Shown here in pieces: positions 37,590-52,459 of a stretch of 64,000 nt of DNA. This DNA is from Rhynchobatus australiae (Eukaryota): assembly GCA_034780895.1 (NCBI GenBank), contig JAUZTB010000066.1:20769569-20833568 (forward strand), read 5' to 3'. The notes beneath the pieces are model-generated. The model worked only from the letters and a program-made list of their open reading frames with translations. It was not told where the DNA came from and did no database searches. Both the position numbers and the translations under genes were made by a program. Within the stretch, counting starts at the first letter, position 1; each line of letters opens with the position of its first letter.

Positions 37590-39030
37590 CTGAGGGATCC
37601 AGTCCATAATCTTCCAAATATCTGCAGATTTAAAGTGATCCCTGAGGGCTGGAGAATTGCAAATGTTATAGCTTTATTTGAAAAATAGTATTGAGATAAA
37701 CTTAGTAACTACAAACCAGTCAATTTAGATTTGTATGTGGTGAAAGATCTAGAAACAATAATCAGGGACAGAATTTGCAGTCATTTGGACAAGTTTGGAG
37801 TGATTAGAGAAACCCAATATTGATTTTCTGAAGACAAATTTAACAAACTAACTTCATGGTTTTTTGGTAAAGTATCAGAGGGTTGATGAGGGAAATGGGG
37901 TTGATATGTTACATTGGACTTCTGAAAAGGCACATGATAAAGTGCCACTTAATTTTGTCATCAAGATAAAGCGGTCTGTCTCAACATGGATGGAAAATTG
38001 GCTAAATAACAGAACACAGAGCAGTAGTTAAAGGTTGTTTCTTGGACTATAAGACAGTGGAGTTCTCTAGGGGTCACTATTAGGACTACTAGTGCCAATG
38101 TGCATTCATGATTTGGACGAGGGTGTACATGCTGTGCTTGGGTCATGAATGCCTAACTCATGGACACCCCCAATGTACAAAGAATCTCCCATAATATGAT
38201 TAAATTCAAAAGTCTGAAGTCAATACATATGTTTGTTCCTATGGAGGGCAGAACTAGTGTCCTGTCTCTCCACTTTTAGGAATTGTTTGTTCTTATCAGC
38301 CTTGTGTGTTTTTGATGCAACTCATTACAATACTGTGGAGGTACAGTTTCCATACTGAGTGATTTTTGTGCATTTTCTGACTTACGGAAAATGTCATCTT
38401 ATGGACACCTATAAAAAAAACTGAATCCATTTGGCAAGTTGCAAACAATACAAAACTTAGAGCATTGAAGTGTAATAGACTTGAAGGTGCATAGACAGTC
38501 TTGTGGAACAGGCAGATAGCTGCAGATGAAATTTAATGTTGAAGATGTGAAGTTTTACATTTTGGTGCTAAGAATGATAATAGGAAATATAAGCTAGAGA
38601 GTGCAGGAATGAGGGACTTTAGTTATGTAGATAGTGAGGCTGGGATTATTCTCCTTAGAATGACAGAGGTTGTGAAGAGATCAGATGGAGGTATTTAAAA
38701 TTATGAAAGATATACACAAGATGGGTAGAAACTGTTCCCATTTGTGGAAGGGTCGAAAAGGGGGCATAGAATGAATGTGATTGGCAAAAGAACCAAAGTG
38801 ATCAGAGGGAAAATATTTTTGCACAGTGAGTGGTAGTGTTTGGAATGCACTATCAGTGGTAGTAATGAGGAGAATTCAATTGTAGCATTCAAAGGAGATT
38901 TGGATAATCATCTGAAAAAAGAATGATCAGGGCTATGGGGAGAGAGCAGTAGAGTGGGATGAGGTGGATTGTTCCTGGATAGCATGGACTCATTGGGCTA
39001 ATTAGACTCCTTCCTTCTGTCTTGTAACAA
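37590..39030 (+). mobile_element. Degenerate CR1 LINE interrupted by a probable Tigger/pogo-like DNA element (about 38130-38430)
   Basis: WRIANV, NYxPV and DKVP remnants plus a CR1-type tail; the interrupting segment is unrelated to CR1. Confidence 0.6.
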
Positions 39031-41016
39031 TTTTTTTATTCTACCTGGAGGAACCCAAGTTTTTTTTTATTAGGCTGCAAGGAGAGAAAGAACAAAATTT
39101 GCATCTTGAATATAAATCTTACACAATGAGCACACAACAAAAAAATATAAATTCAAGCCAGCAGTTCCAGTTCAAAATCTTGAGTTGAAAATAGAATAAT
39201 TTAAATAATAACTAGGTAGGACCTTTTGCATGATCTATGATGTACCAAATTGCCTTCCTTATCTATGATGTTTTTAAAAGAAATTGTCACAAATATGCTG
39301 TTGGTTATTAAGGCAAAATATGAAATTATGTAATTTATTCTGTAGTTTGTTGATAGTAGCGGGTGGTGGTGCAGGAACAGGAAAGAGATCAAGATTTGAA
39401 GAAATAAGTGTAAATAAAATGAAAATTAACTGTAAAATAAAGTATACTTATTTCTCTTGAGTATGGTGACAGGAGAATCGGTCTTTACTTGCTGGGGTAT
39501 ATCAGGCTTAAAGCTGGTTTTGTCATTTTGGTAGGTCTGCCCGCTTTGACCCTGTTACTCTTCTCTGAACACATCACTGTGTCTACTTTAGTTACAGAAC
39601 ATGTCTGCATTTCACTTGTGGCTGTTTATCATTTGGGCCTTGATTAGGAGCCAGTCCTGTCTTTTTTGCTGCTGCTCACAAGTTCAGTTCTGTTAGGAAT
39701 TGCTTGATAGTGATCTGTGGCAGCAACGCTGGTTGATTTGATAAACCCAGTGATAATGCTTATAAAGCTGTTAAACTCAGACCATGTATCAAATCTGGTG
39801 TCTAGCTGTTTTACAGAGTTGAAATAATGCTTTAGACACAGTGAACTATTAGTTACGATTCATTTACGTGTTTATGTGGATCTTAATAGTTCTAATTAAT
39901 CTTTTTAGGAGCTTTTTTATTTTAAGATACAAGTTAGAACTCATTTATAAAATTGTTCTAGTGGCTGATCTGTTGGTCATTGTGATAACACCTGAAGCAG
40001 CAGAAGTGAATTATTCAATAAATGAAGAGAATGACAGGGAATTGGATTAAAAAATCAGAAAACAGGAGTGGGAGTAGGCCACTCGGCCCCTTAAGCCTGC
40101 CCCACTGTTCAATATAATCATGGTGAAATGCCCCAGGCCTCATCTCTATGGCTGATCTGTCCTGGGCTACATTCCAGTTCCCCATGGCCCTCAATTCCTT
40201 GATCTTAAATAAGAGACTTGTGTGACAGTGCAGTGAAATGTTCTGATTAACTGATTTTTTTTCCACACCATGGAGTCGCTTGGCTGTATGAAATGCAACT
40301 TACTTTTTTGCTTGCGTGTTTTATGCATAGTGCAAAAAGTAATAGTTGGTTCTTTGACTGAATGTGCTGCATATATAACCCCATTATGTAAAAGATAAAG
40401 AACAGAAAACTATTACTCAGCCTGCTATCAGTGGTAGGGAAAATGCTGAAATTTATCATGAAAGAAATTGATAATAGTATCGAGCAGAGTCAATGTGGAT
40501 TTATGAAAAGGAAATAATTTTTGACAAATTATAGATTTTATAGATTATGATATTCAGAATAGATGAAGGCAAGTGAGTTAATATGGTGCATTTGGACACG
40601 TAGAAGATTTTTGGCATGGTGCTACAAAAGAGGTTATGAAACGAGTGCATAGTATTGGGTAATATACTGAATGAAATGAGGATTGAAAACAGTAGGAATA
40701 AATGGGTCTTTTACAGGTTAGGAGGCTTTGACCAACAGGGTGTCACAGGGATTGGTGCTGGAGCCCTCACTGTTTGCATTTCCATCAGTATTTGGAGGAG
40801 GGGATCAAGTATATACAAGTCCAAGTTTGCTAATAGTACAAAACTACAAAGTGGTATGAACTATGAAGAGGATATAAGAGGCATCGGGATTTGTAGACAG
40901 GCAAAGTGAAAATTCTTGGTATCGTTTATATTTTGGTCATCCATGCAATATTCAGGTAGTTGCAGAATGAAACATTTTACAACATCATGATTAATATGAC
41001 TTTGTTTTTTTTGCAG

Positions 41017-41198
41017 TGGGTGAATGGTGTTCAGGTTACCTTCCATGAAGGTGGCCACCTTCCTTTTGAAGCTGATGTCACTAAAGTTATGCAGAGTAGT
41101 CCATCTCCTCAGCATAGAATCACTATAGCAGTAAACAACACACTTACCCCTTATACTTTACCTCCAGGAAGGATTCAATACATGTCAGATACAAAAAG
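41017..41198 (+). CDS. GUSB: GUSB exon 3 ([20 protein letters not shown]...TLPPG)
   Basis: AG/GT boundaries, 182 nt, HEGGxLPFE motif. Confidence 0.96.
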
Positions 41199-43979
41199 GT
41201 GAGATGAAAGAAAATGTATAATTCACTATTTGATATTAATAAAGAGGACTTTTCTTCCCCCTTCTAGAATAATAAAAGCTGGATGTGCTTTTTATACATA
41301 CAGGAGTTATTCATTTCTGGCTTACTAGTAAACTAAAATTTAGCAATTCAGCTAAAGAATTATGGGAGGATCCAACAACATAAATGTTTCCGGTGATAAT
41401 AGTGAACTGATTAACTACTTGAATTCTTTCATTACTGAATGTTAATGAAAGACCTGGGTCACTAGAACTATTTACTGCTAAAAATTAAAGGTGGGCAGAA
41501 ATACAGTTTTTCTTAAGGGCTTTTAGTGTTCAGAATGGTTCGACCCAGGATATCTTAAAAGTGTTATGCTCAAATGGTAATTCTCTGTGTGAGAGTTTGT
41601 TGGAAGGCTGCCTGATTACCTGAGTCACCACTGTTAAGCCTGATTATGTCTGTGCTTGATGTTCAAGCGACAGTGCTTCCAACAGGGTAGTGGCATATCA
41701 AGAAATAGAACCCTGTGGCAGTGTCTTCCACTGTTTCTGGGCTGAGAACATGCTTGCAAATGCACTGCCTCTGCCTTCACTTTACTTCTATCAGCTAACT
41801 TAATGGTATTTATTATATGTAGTGGATATCTGATATATAAAGCAAACGCTTATGTTAAATTCATTGGGTCAACTATGGGTTATGGTCATCACAAAGGATT
41901 GTAATTTGTTTCTGATTAATACAAGAAGTTGTTCCTTTTCAATATTGTAAACTAGCATTTAGAAGAAAAATTATCCACATTAAAAATGTTGTATTTTAAA
42001 ACAATGCAATCAGTTAAACAAAATGAACTTGCAGGCAGAATTGAAGCCCATGGATTAAAGTATCAGTGGCTGTGTGTTTCAAAATTTGAAGGAAAGTAGG
42101 CAGGATCTGTACACTTGTTACAGATTAAGACCATTTTTTTTGTTTATGAATGACCTGGACTGGGGATTGGAGAGCACAATTTAAATGAAAGCAAACTTAG
42201 AAATGTAATAGACAGTGAGAAGGATAGTGACTTCAGGATGATATAGAAGGACTGAGGAAATGCAACAGACTTGTGTTAGACGTAAATTAATTTGTGCGAA
42301 GAAAGAGGAGGAGCACTATTAGGATAGAGGTCAGAGCCTTAGATGGGGCAGGGGTGATTTATTAAAACGGGTACATGTTTGAAAGACTTGGGAAATTGAA
42401 GAGAGTGGCATTGTTCTCCATTGAGCAGAAGTTAATAGAAGATTTGATACTTATATTTAAAAGAAAAGAATTTTAATGTTTGTAAGAAGAAACTGTTGCG
42501 GATGTTGAGGGCACGTATCAAAGGCAATTGGCAGAAGAGCCAGATGCAAGATGAGGGAAAGGACAATTTTTATAATTTTACCACTGGGAATGCACTTACC
42601 AGGAGGATGGTAGAAGCTGATTCAGTGGCAGCTTTTAAAAAGGAATAAGTACATGTAGAGGAAAGTTCACAAGCAATGAGAAAAGAAACTGGTCCTGTCC
42701 TTGTTTGATTTTCCAACAGAGTTCACTGCATGCTAATAAGGAGCAAGAACTATGATTTGTTTATTCTTGCCAAATCCAGGTCCTGGAAATCAAGCCAAAC
42801 TGGTTGATACTTGCCTACTAGGAAAATTCTAGATCCAAAGTTAACAAGATTAGACTTGGATCATGTCTCTTCTGGATCATATGTTCCAACTCCGAGAGCT
42901 TCTCCTGTGGCCGAAGCCCTGTAGCATCTATGTTTTGCAGAGTATATGGTGTTAAGATTGATATTTGAGATGTTATCATCTATATTGGAGTGAATCTTGG
43001 GTAGCATTTTCACCTCTGAGTCAGAAGCAACTAGAGTATGGTCTTCAAACACTGCTAACTAGTATAAGCCTAATGAATCCAACAAGGAATTAGGGGGAAA
43101 ACATTCAGAGGTAGTAATGTAAAACTTGTTACCACATGAAATATTTGAGTTACATTGAATAGTACATGAGAGGGATCAATTGATGGGCTTAGATGGGAAA
43201 ATTGCAAGTATTTTTGATCTGTTGTGTCATTTTTACGGTGTAAGTATTGTGTCATATTAATGGATGGTGTTTTTAAGAACTAATATGGGGATATTGGGCC
43301 ATATAGGATTTCAGTGTATCTTGCTGTGATTCTATGAAATTGACAGTTTTGAGATTTTGATATTTCACAGTATTGCATTGGGTGAATTATAGAGGCCATA
43401 AGAAAACAAAAATGGGAAAATGTGCAAAATGTTATGGCAAAATTAACAAACTAAAAGCACCATTTGTGATTTTGTACACTTAACGGGGCTTGATGTCAGT
43501 CCTCTATTGAGGCAGTTCTCCAACTTTGGTACAGATTATTTTGGATTTAATTTTTTTTTCCTTTTAAGAGGCATTATAGAAAATGTTGCACTGACAGATT
43601 CTTTCAGTTTTAACACCATGTGTTCAATAACTGTAAAGCTGTCCTATTCACAGGGATTTTTAAATAGCATCATCTTCCACAATTAAGTAATACTCCATGT
43701 TGAAAATTTAAGAAAAGGCAGATGCCGGAAATATGAGAGAAAACTGAAAAAGCTAGAAACACCCTGTGGGTCAGGCACCATCTATGGAAAGAGAAATGCT
43801 CAATGTTTTGGGTCCAGGACCTTTATTAGAACACGTTTCCAGGACTTGAAACATCAACTATTTCTCTTTCTACAGACCTGCTGAGTATTTCCAGCATTTG
43901 TTTTTATGATGCCCTGGATTTCTTTTGGAGAGAAAGTAACAAAATAATATCACAGTTGTACTGTTCTACCTTTCTCTAG

Positions 43980-44122
43980 GTACCCACTTGGCTATTTTGT
44001 GCAGATCATCCATTTTGATTTCTTCAATTATGCTGGGATTCATCGGCCTGTGCTACTGTACACCACACCTAGTGTCTACATAGATGACATAACAGTTATA
44101 ACGGACATCCAGGATAATAAAG
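43980..44122 (+). CDS. GUSB: GUSB exon 4 (YPLGYFVQ...[19 protein letters not shown])
   Basis: AG/GT boundaries, 143 nt, DFFNYAG motif. Confidence 0.96.
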
Positions 44123-46368
44123 GTAGATTATTAAACTGTTTAAAATTCATTTTATGGGATTTGGGCTTCACTGGCAAGGTCTGCATCTATTGCTCATCCC
44201 TAATTGCACTGAAGAGGTGGTGGTGAGCTACCACTTTGAATTTCTGCAGTCCTTTGCTGAAGGTCCTCCCACAGTGCTGTTGGGAGTTTAGGGAATTTGA
44301 TCCAGCAATAATAAGGGACAAGCAACATGTATTTCCAAAGAGAAATATGAATGACTTGGAGGAAAACCACAGGTTGTGGTATTCCCAAGCACCTTGAACC
44401 CCTTGTCCTTCTTGGTGGTAGAGGTTGCATGTCCTGGAGGTGCTGTCGGAGTAGTCAAGAGGTGCAACTCCAGTGCATTTTGTAAATGGTATACTCTGCA
44501 GCTGTGATATTCTGAGAGTGAAGGGAATGAATGTTTCGGGATGATTGATGGGGCACCAAACAAGCAGGTTGCCTCGTCCTAGATGGTTTCAAGCTTCAAG
44601 AGTTGTTGGAGCTGAACTCATTCAGGTAAGTGGAGAGTGTTACATCATATGACTTGTGCCTTATAAATGCCAGAAATTATTTGCGGTATCAGGTACTAAT
44701 TCACTCGCCCTAACATAGCCATAAAACTGTAAGATAGCTTCTAACCTTCTCTTGTAGCTACAGTAATTATGTGATTTATCCAGTTGAGTTTCTTGCTAAC
44801 TTAATGGTAGGGGCTTGCCCATGAACGTTGAGGGTAAATAGTTAGACACTCTCCTTTTGAAAGTGATCATTGCCTGAGATTTTTGTGGCATGAATGTTAC
44901 TTATCACTTATCAGCCCATTCCTGAGTGTTGTCTAGGTCTCTTTGTATGTAGGCACGGACTGCTTCATTTGCTGAGGAGATGTGAGTAGAATTGAACATT
45001 GTGCAATCATTGGTGCAGATTCCCAGCACTGACTTAATGATGAAAGGAAGATGGTTGAAGAAGCAGCACAGTGGAGCTGCTTCAGGGTTCTATCCTGACC
45101 TCAGATGCTGGACCTTGTGGAGTTTGCACGTTCCCCCTGTGACTGCATGGGTTTCCACCAGGTGCTCTAGTTTCCTCCCATGTCCCAAAGATATGATAGT
45201 AGGTTAATTGGCTACTGTGAATTACCCCTAAATGAGGGAGGAAAAGGACTGATGCGATTGCTCTGAGGGCCAGTATAAACTCAATGTATCATAAGAAGAT
45301 GTATATGAAGCAGCTGGAGATGTGCAAAAGAATTCCTGCACTCATGTCGTGGGGCTGGGATGATTGACCTCCAAGAACCGCAACCATCTTCCTTTGTGCA
45401 AATAATAACTTCAGCCATTAGAGTGTTTTCCTCTTGATGCCCGTTGACTTTGGTTTTGCCAAAGCTCCTTGATACCAAACACTGTCAAGTGCTGCCTTGA
45501 TGTCACGGGCAGTCCCTGTCACTTCACTTCTGACATTCAGCTCTTTGGTCCATGTTTGGACTAATAACTCTGACAAAATCCAAACTGGGCATTAATTATT
45601 GAGTCATACAGCACAGAAGCAGACCTTTTGGACCATTGTGTCCATCCTGACTATCAAGTACCTATCCTTATTGATTCCATTTATTGGCACTTGGTCCATG
45701 GCCTGCTGTTCATTGACGATTCAAGTACTCATCCAGATGCTGCTTAAATATTGAGAGTCCCTGCCTCAGGTACTTAATATCATTTTGTTCCAGTTGAAAA
45801 TATACTCATTGGGTAGAAATCAACTAGATTGGATTTGTCCTGCTTTTTGTAAATGGGGCATTCTGGGCAAGATTTGACTTTGAGTTTGTCTGGTATTGCC
45901 CAGGAGGTGCAACCTTGCCAAGTACATTTACTAGATGTTCTTATTAACTTCAAATACCTGATATTAAAAAGTGAAAGGATACCTTAAAAACCTGTTGGCA
46001 TAGTTGCTATGATATAACTATACTTTTGGCAAGAGTATGCTGTGATGTAACTNNNNNNNNNNNNNNNNNNNNNNNNNNNNNNNNNNNNNNNNNNNNNNNN
46101 NNNNNNNNNNNNNNNNNNNNNNNNNNNNNNNNNNNNNNNNNNNNNNNNNNNNNNNNNNNNNNNNNNNNNNNNNNNNNNNNNNNNNNNNNNNNNNNNNNNN
46201 NNNNNNNNNNNNNNNNNNNNNNNNNNNNNNNNNNNNNNNNNNNNNNNNNNNNNNNNNNNNNNNNNNNNNNNNNNNNNNNNNNNNNNNNNNNNNNNNNNNN
46301 NNNNNNNNNNNNNNNNAAGAAAAGCTTTCACTTTCTGATTTTCTGTAACTGATCCTGTTTTCCTCTAG

Positions 46369-46562
46369 GATTTATAAATTACCAAGTGTCCATTAGTGGA
46401 AGCAATCATTTTTCATTGTCACTAAAATTGCATGATCACCGAGGGCAGGTAGTTGCTTCTGTCATTGATGGATCTCCATTTGGACAACTTAAGCTGCATG
46501 ATCCTAAACTATGGTGGCCGTACCTTATGCATGAGAATCCTGCATATCTTTACAACCTTGAG
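46369..46562 (+). CDS. GUSB: GUSB exon 5 (FINYQVS...LWWPYLMHENPAYLYNLE)
   Basis: AG/GT boundaries, 194 nt, LWWPYLMH motif. Confidence 0.95.
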
Positions 46563-47099
46563 GTAAGATTTACAATATTTTCTGAGTCATGTAAAAATAA
46601 TATTGGCCTAATAGTATATTACTTTGCTCTTTTAGAAAAAATAGTCATGATTCTGTAACTAACTAGCTATAGTTAAGCAATTGGATATGCTTCAAACCTA
46701 CCTTCTCTAGGTTTGTAGAGTAATCTAACCAGTTCTAAAAGCACTTTCAAAGTCTTTAAGTTTTTGGATGCTTTTCATTCATGTCCTACGTCAGTTTTAT
46801 AGGGAAGTAGTTAATCCTTTTCTGATGTAAAATATTGTACAATTGCTCACTGTTCAAGCTGATNNNNNNNNNGTTCAGGTTTATAAAATTTCAGACTTAT
46901 AGATCTTTGGTTCTCACTTTGCCTTTGCAGAAGCTTCTTATCTCCTCTACACTGGATGTTTGGCCCTGCCTGAGCCTGAGGCAGGCACACACCTGCTCCC
47001 CAAGCCTCGCATCTTTAACTCCAACCACCTGCAAACAGAGGCAGGTCATTAGGACCTATGATACCAGCTTTATATTTAAAATGGACATTTTATACCTAG

Positions 47100-47252
47100 G
47101 TGCATATGAAGAGCAAAAATGGTAGCATCTTGTATGAAGATTTTTATACATTACCAGTTGGAATTCGCAAAGTCCAAGTTACCAAGACCCAGTTCCTTAT
47201 CAATGGAAAGCCATTCTATTTCCATGGAGTAAATAAGCATGAAGATTCTGAT
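47100..47252 (+). CDS. GUSB: GUSB exon 6 ([12 protein letters not shown]...[16 protein letters not shown])
   Basis: AG/GT boundaries, 153 nt, GVNKHED motif. Confidence 0.97.
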
Positions 47253-47974
47253 GTGAGTATATGTAAATCTTCTGTAATCTGTCTATTTAAATTGTTTGCA
47301 TCTCTTCTGTTTTGGCCTTAGCATCTTGAGTCATTGGATACTATTTTGCGCTTTTGGTTTGATTGTGAACTATTTTCTTTCCATTTCAACAAATGTTACT
47401 GGCAGCAAAATTTTTTTTAAATTGATTTACATCATTTGTAAAGTTCATCAGAGTAAATTTACACCTGGAGGTGATTTGGATTATTACTCATTTCTACTGA
47501 TAGCTAACTTCCTTTTCTGTTTAAACATTATACATATTTATTCTATTTCTACATTAGATAGTAATTGTTGGTTCTAGGTGTTTGTACGTGATCTTGGGAA
47601 TTATGATACCTGAATCATAATTCTACATCCTTTTAGCTGCCAGAGACTATTTATAAGTTAAAGAAATAAATCCAAAAAAGGTGGAAAAGTTGAGAATTGC
47701 CATTAAAGGGAAAGTGTCTCTAATTGTGCACATCAATCAATGGGTGTGAGGAGTGACTTAAGTCAAGCTTACAAAACATTGTTTTAATATGAAACATTCA
47801 TTAATTACAATCATTCATTAATTTTATTTAAGGCTTTGTAGNNNNNNNNNNNNNNNNNNNNNNNNNNNNNNNNNNNNNNNNNNNNNNNNNNNNNNNNNNN
47901 NNNNNNNNNNNNNNNNNNNNNNNNNNNNNNNNNNNNNNNNNTTCCCCCCCACCCCCCCCATCCCCAACCACTAG

Positions 47975-48153
47975 ATGCGAGGGAAAGGCCTTGACTGGTC
48001 AGTGATTATCAAGGACTTTAACCTTCTTCGATGGCTGGGAGCAAATTCATTTCGTACAAGCCATTATCCATATGCAGAAGAAATTATGGATTTGTGTGAC
48101 AAATATGGGATTGTGGTCATTGATGAGTGTCCTGGCGTGGGCATCAAAGATCC
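47975..48153 (+). CDS. GUSB: GUSB exon 7 (RGKGLDW...[15 protein letters not shown]...VIDECPGVG)
   Basis: AG/GT boundaries, 179 nt, GH2 NxFRTSHYP signature. Confidence 0.97.
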
Positions 48154-49479
48154 GTAAGAACACTTCTTAAATTTTACAAAACAGGTGTGGTAGAATTCTC
48201 ATGAGATGCTCTACTACAGTAAGAATATTATGGTTCACTATTAATTTTATGTAATTTATAAAGGAATTTTTCTATCTGTCATAAATGTTTCTGTATTGAA
48301 GAAATTTGTGCATTTTATTGATTACATGAAGTTGTTGCATCACATTTTCTTTATTTTTTTCTTGGGGCTGTTAACAATCCTGTTATGTTTGTGACTCATT
48401 TGCATTTGAATTGCTAGAATATGTATTTGGTTTGAATGGGTAGCTTGGTAGACTGGTAACAGCCAAGTTAATAACCATGTTTTCTCTAAAGGCCAGACTG
48501 GACCATTTTATTCTTTACCATCAAAGAAACCATACCAGTTTTTGTCAAAGCAAGAAAGAAAACAAAGTTGCTATACTTAGAACATAGAACAGTACAGCAC
48601 AGGACAGGCCCTTCAGCCTACTTGAGCAATGTCTTGAGTTTAAACTTAAGTTTTACTTCCTTCTTTATCTTTAGTAGTGAAAACATGGGGATAGTGTCTG
48701 AAATATGTCGCATTCCTTGTATGATGAATCTTTAAAATAGACCTCCAATGGTATTGAATGTGGCAGGCCACATGAGATGATGTTATACTTTGACATGCAG
48801 TTGCAGAATGCTGCTGATGACTTGTCCATTTCAAACTACAGTGCTATAATTTCTGTTAAGTGAGCTTGGTGACGGTCACTTTGTTCTTCAAGCATCATGT
48901 CTGTGACAGAAGGTATCTTTTATTTTCAAGTCTGGCATAATACTTATTTCCAAGTATTATGGTGCCTCATGCAGTATATTGTAGAATGCGCTATATAGAT
49001 CAGAATCATAATTCCATTGCTATTTTCTTGTAACAGTAATAGAAGTATGGGAGGTTAGGAATTTCCCCATCCAGTGTGTGCATAGGAATTGCTGGTCAAA
49101 AGAAAAATTATATTCCTAGTGTATGATGCTCATCTTATTTCATTTTGTGATTACAGTGCTGTTAACCACATTGGTAGTGTTCTGAGGAGCAGTTCCTTGT
49201 ATGATGGTGTATTCTTAGGAGTGTCAATTCTTAGGAAGCAAATACACACAACTTCAAGATAACTTTCCTCAACTTTAGCATATTTGAGCCAATAACAAAC
49301 ACTTTTCATTCCAGAATGGAGAATTCTTCCCTGACAGTTAAAAGCATAATTCAACTTCAATTGCCATTAATCATTGAACCAGTTAACAGCTATTATGCAG
49401 TACAAAACTTAGCCTTTCCCATAGTTGATACTTAATTTGTACGAAGTTTAATGCTAACATTTTATTTGTTTTCTTTTAG

Positions 49480-49626
49480 GGTGAGCTTTGGAAATAAGTC
49501 CCTCACTCATCATTTAGCTGTAATGAAAGAGCTGGTGCACAGAGATAAAAACAGGCCATCGGTGGTAATGTGGTCTGTAGCTAATGAACCAGCATCTGGA
49601 TTACTACCAGCAGATTATTACTTCAA
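49480..49626 (+). CDS. GUSB: GUSB exon 8 ([19 protein letters not shown]; acid/base Glu)
   Basis: AG/GT boundaries, 147 nt, WSVANEP motif. Confidence 0.97.
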
Positions 49627-49740
49627 GTAAGAACTGAGAGATGCAGTGATTCTTTCCTCTTAATTACTAAATAATTATTTTTAGTGAAATCTAGCTAAAT
49701 GTTTAAATATTTTTTGTGTTCTGTTTTTCGTTGAAAATAG

Positions 49741-49825
49741 GACTTTAATTTCATCAACAAAAGCTATGGATCCAACCAGGCCTGTTACTTTTGTAACAGA
49801 CACTGACTATGAGACTGACAAAGCT
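49741..49825 (+). CDS. GUSB: GUSB exon 9 (TLISSTKAMDPTRPVTFVTDTDYETDKA)
   Basis: AG/GT boundaries, 85 nt, DPxRPVTFV motif. Confidence 0.95.
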
Positions 49826-50722
49826 GTGAGTACTTAAAGTGAAGTCCATGCAACAAGCAATGAATGGTTTCTATGTTCTGAACTTGTTAAAGTCCGAAGC
49901 ACGAGGGTAAAACTTGTTTACCTTCTGTCACATTGGACCTTGTGAACCCACAGGTTTAGTAACATATGGTTACTAACATACACTATATGTTAATACTGTG
50001 CACTAAACAATACAAGCCAAGAAGTAAGAGCAGCACATACGATTACTCCGCAATCCTTAACCATTTGAACATCCCATGTCAACTTTTAAGTTCTTGATAA
50101 ACAAAACTTTTACAGAATTGCTGTGGCTAANNNNNNNNNNNNNNNNNNNNNNNNNNNNNNNNNNNNNNNNNNNNNNNNNNNNNNNNNNACATACTAGGAG
50201 ATGGTTGCTTTAGAGGCTTAAAGTGACAGATGATCAAAAAAGAATGTCTAATATACACAATAAGCCTAAAATAGATGATTTTCATTTTATGTTACTCAAT
50301 TAACAAGCATTCTGCATGATTTCAGTATGGAATAGACAAGGAATAGATCCACCTAGGCCTAATCTTCTTGTAAGAGAAATCAACCACAAGCAATGGTTGA
50401 AAATAAATATAGAAATTGGTTCATTCCAAGGTTTATGCCCATTTGAGGGGGTAATAATTTTCTATTAATGTAAGTTAGAGAGGAACTAAGTTCACTTCCA
50501 TTCTTTTTAAATCTGGTAGAGCTGATGCCCAGTGTGCTGGGGGAGAGGGTGGTAGTGCTGGGTCAAGTCACATTTATGACAAGGGGAAAGGATCTTCATC
50601 TGTTATTTAATGCTTGTTTAAACTAATTTTATTTTTCTGAAGCCTGACAAATGATTTTGTTGAAGCTGTTTATTGGAAAGAGACATATTTGGAAAAATGA
50701 AAGTTTGGTTATGTTTTCCCAG

Positions 50723-50899
50723 GTGCAATACACAGACGTTATTTGTGTGAACAGCTATTTTTCTTGGTACCATGATGCAGGCCATCTGGAGATCATTCAA
50801 TTACAACTTGCCAATCAGTTTGAGAATTGGTATAAAAAATACCAAAAACCAATTATTCAGAGTGAATATGGAGCAGATGCAGTTGCAGGGCTGCATAAC
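50723..50899 (+). CDS. GUSB: GUSB exon 10 ([14 protein letters not shown]...[11 protein letters not shown]; nucleophile Glu)
   Basis: AG/GT boundaries, 177 nt, SEYGA motif. Confidence 0.97.
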
Positions 50900-51039
50900 G
50901 TGAGTACAGAAAACATGAATGTCATTTGTATGTTCATTTACACTTTTTGCACAATCAGTTAGGAATGAAAAGCTAAGGACTTCATATTATCATCTGGTGA
51001 TGACTTGTATCTCACCACAGCAGCTGTTGAATAAATAAT

Positions 51040-51345
51040 GGGAACAGTGGTGGTTTAGAGGTTAAACTACTAGACCAATAATCCAGAAATCCATGTTCAA
51101 ATCACCCATTCTAACTGTGAAATTTAAATTCAGTTAATTATCTGGGATTTGAGAAAATAAAACTAGTCATTAGTAATGAAGGCCAAAATACTACTGGATT
51201 GTCATAAATGTCTTACAGGGTAAGAAAATTTGGCATCCTTACTAGGTATAGCCTATTTGTGACTCCAGACATAGTAAGAGAAAGTGGGAATGGGCAATGT
51301 TCTGGCCTTGCCAGTAATGCCCAGATTCTGAAATAAAAGTTAATG
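51040..51345 (+). mobile_element. tRNA-derived SINE with a LINE-shared tail
   Basis: Head with gttcaaatc B-box; tail ctggccttgccagtaatgcccagattc resembles the LINE tail at about 625-660. Confidence 0.55.
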
Positions 51346-52459
51346 AATAAATAAAACAATCTAGACTAAAAAGCTTGGGGTGAAAGGATTGGAGTATGTA
51401 GAAACCTCATTTCAGTCATGTCTTTTTGGGGAAGATAATTTGCTGTACTTGCTGCTTAAAGTGGTCTTGCTATACACCTGTACTTTACAAGAGATTTCAT
51501 AAGAATAAAACTGTATCAACCACAAGGTATCAATCTGTATCAATCATATGATTTATCAAAGACATCTTCACTGCTGTTGCTCCTGCAAAATCTTTGTTAC
51601 TAAAATGTGGGGACTCATGTCAAACCTGAGAGAGCTATCAGGGCCTTGTCAAGTAACAGCCTGCTGTCCTCATGCTCAGAATTGTACCTTTCGGCCAGTA
51701 TCTGACACTTCTCCATCAGTGGGCATGTCCTGATGCAGAGTTTCAACCCAAAATGTTGACAAATTCTTTCCTCCAATGGATGCTGTGCAATTTCCTGAGT
51801 TCTTCCAGCAGATTGTTTGTAACCTGTGTCAATCACTAGTAATAATTTAATAGCAACATTACAGATTGTTAGGCAAGTCATGAATGATATAACTGTCTGC
51901 CGGGGTGTTCAAGATTAAGAAAGTGCATTAAGAACTGTGCAGCCTAAAGAGTTTGCAATCTCTTGAATGGATGACTTGTCCTGACATTAGGCCCCCCCAC
52001 CACCCCAGCATAGAAGCAATCCAAACAATTTGATTCAGTTTCACAAGATAGGAAAGAAATAACTGATTATAATGGATACAATCAAGGTTAGTAACCATAA
52101 CAACAACCCTGTTATAATGCTGGCGAGCTGATCTCCAGAATTAGACATGCATCTGACCCAACTGTTCCAGTTTGTATTCGACAATATGCACCTACCTGAA
52201 ATGTAGAAAATTCTCCAGGAATGTTATGTCAACAAAGATTTTGCAGAGCAAGGCAATGAAAAATGGATGAGGAAATGACAAAGTCCCTTTAAGGTAAGAG
52301 TGTTTGGTACATTTCTACTTGAGCATGTGCTAAGACACACTGAATGAGGGAAATTAACACTGATCCAAAGTGACTCAAGGAGGCATGACAAATTATTCTT
52401 TAAGTAATAACAAGATTTACATATGGTTGATTTTTTGTGGATTATGTACATCTCTTTAG

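Noticed and set aside
46874-47040. RFIKFQ stretch resembling the start of GUSB exon 5 (FINYQ)
   Set aside because: Similarity is limited to about 5 residues, and the acceptor frame hits a stop immediately
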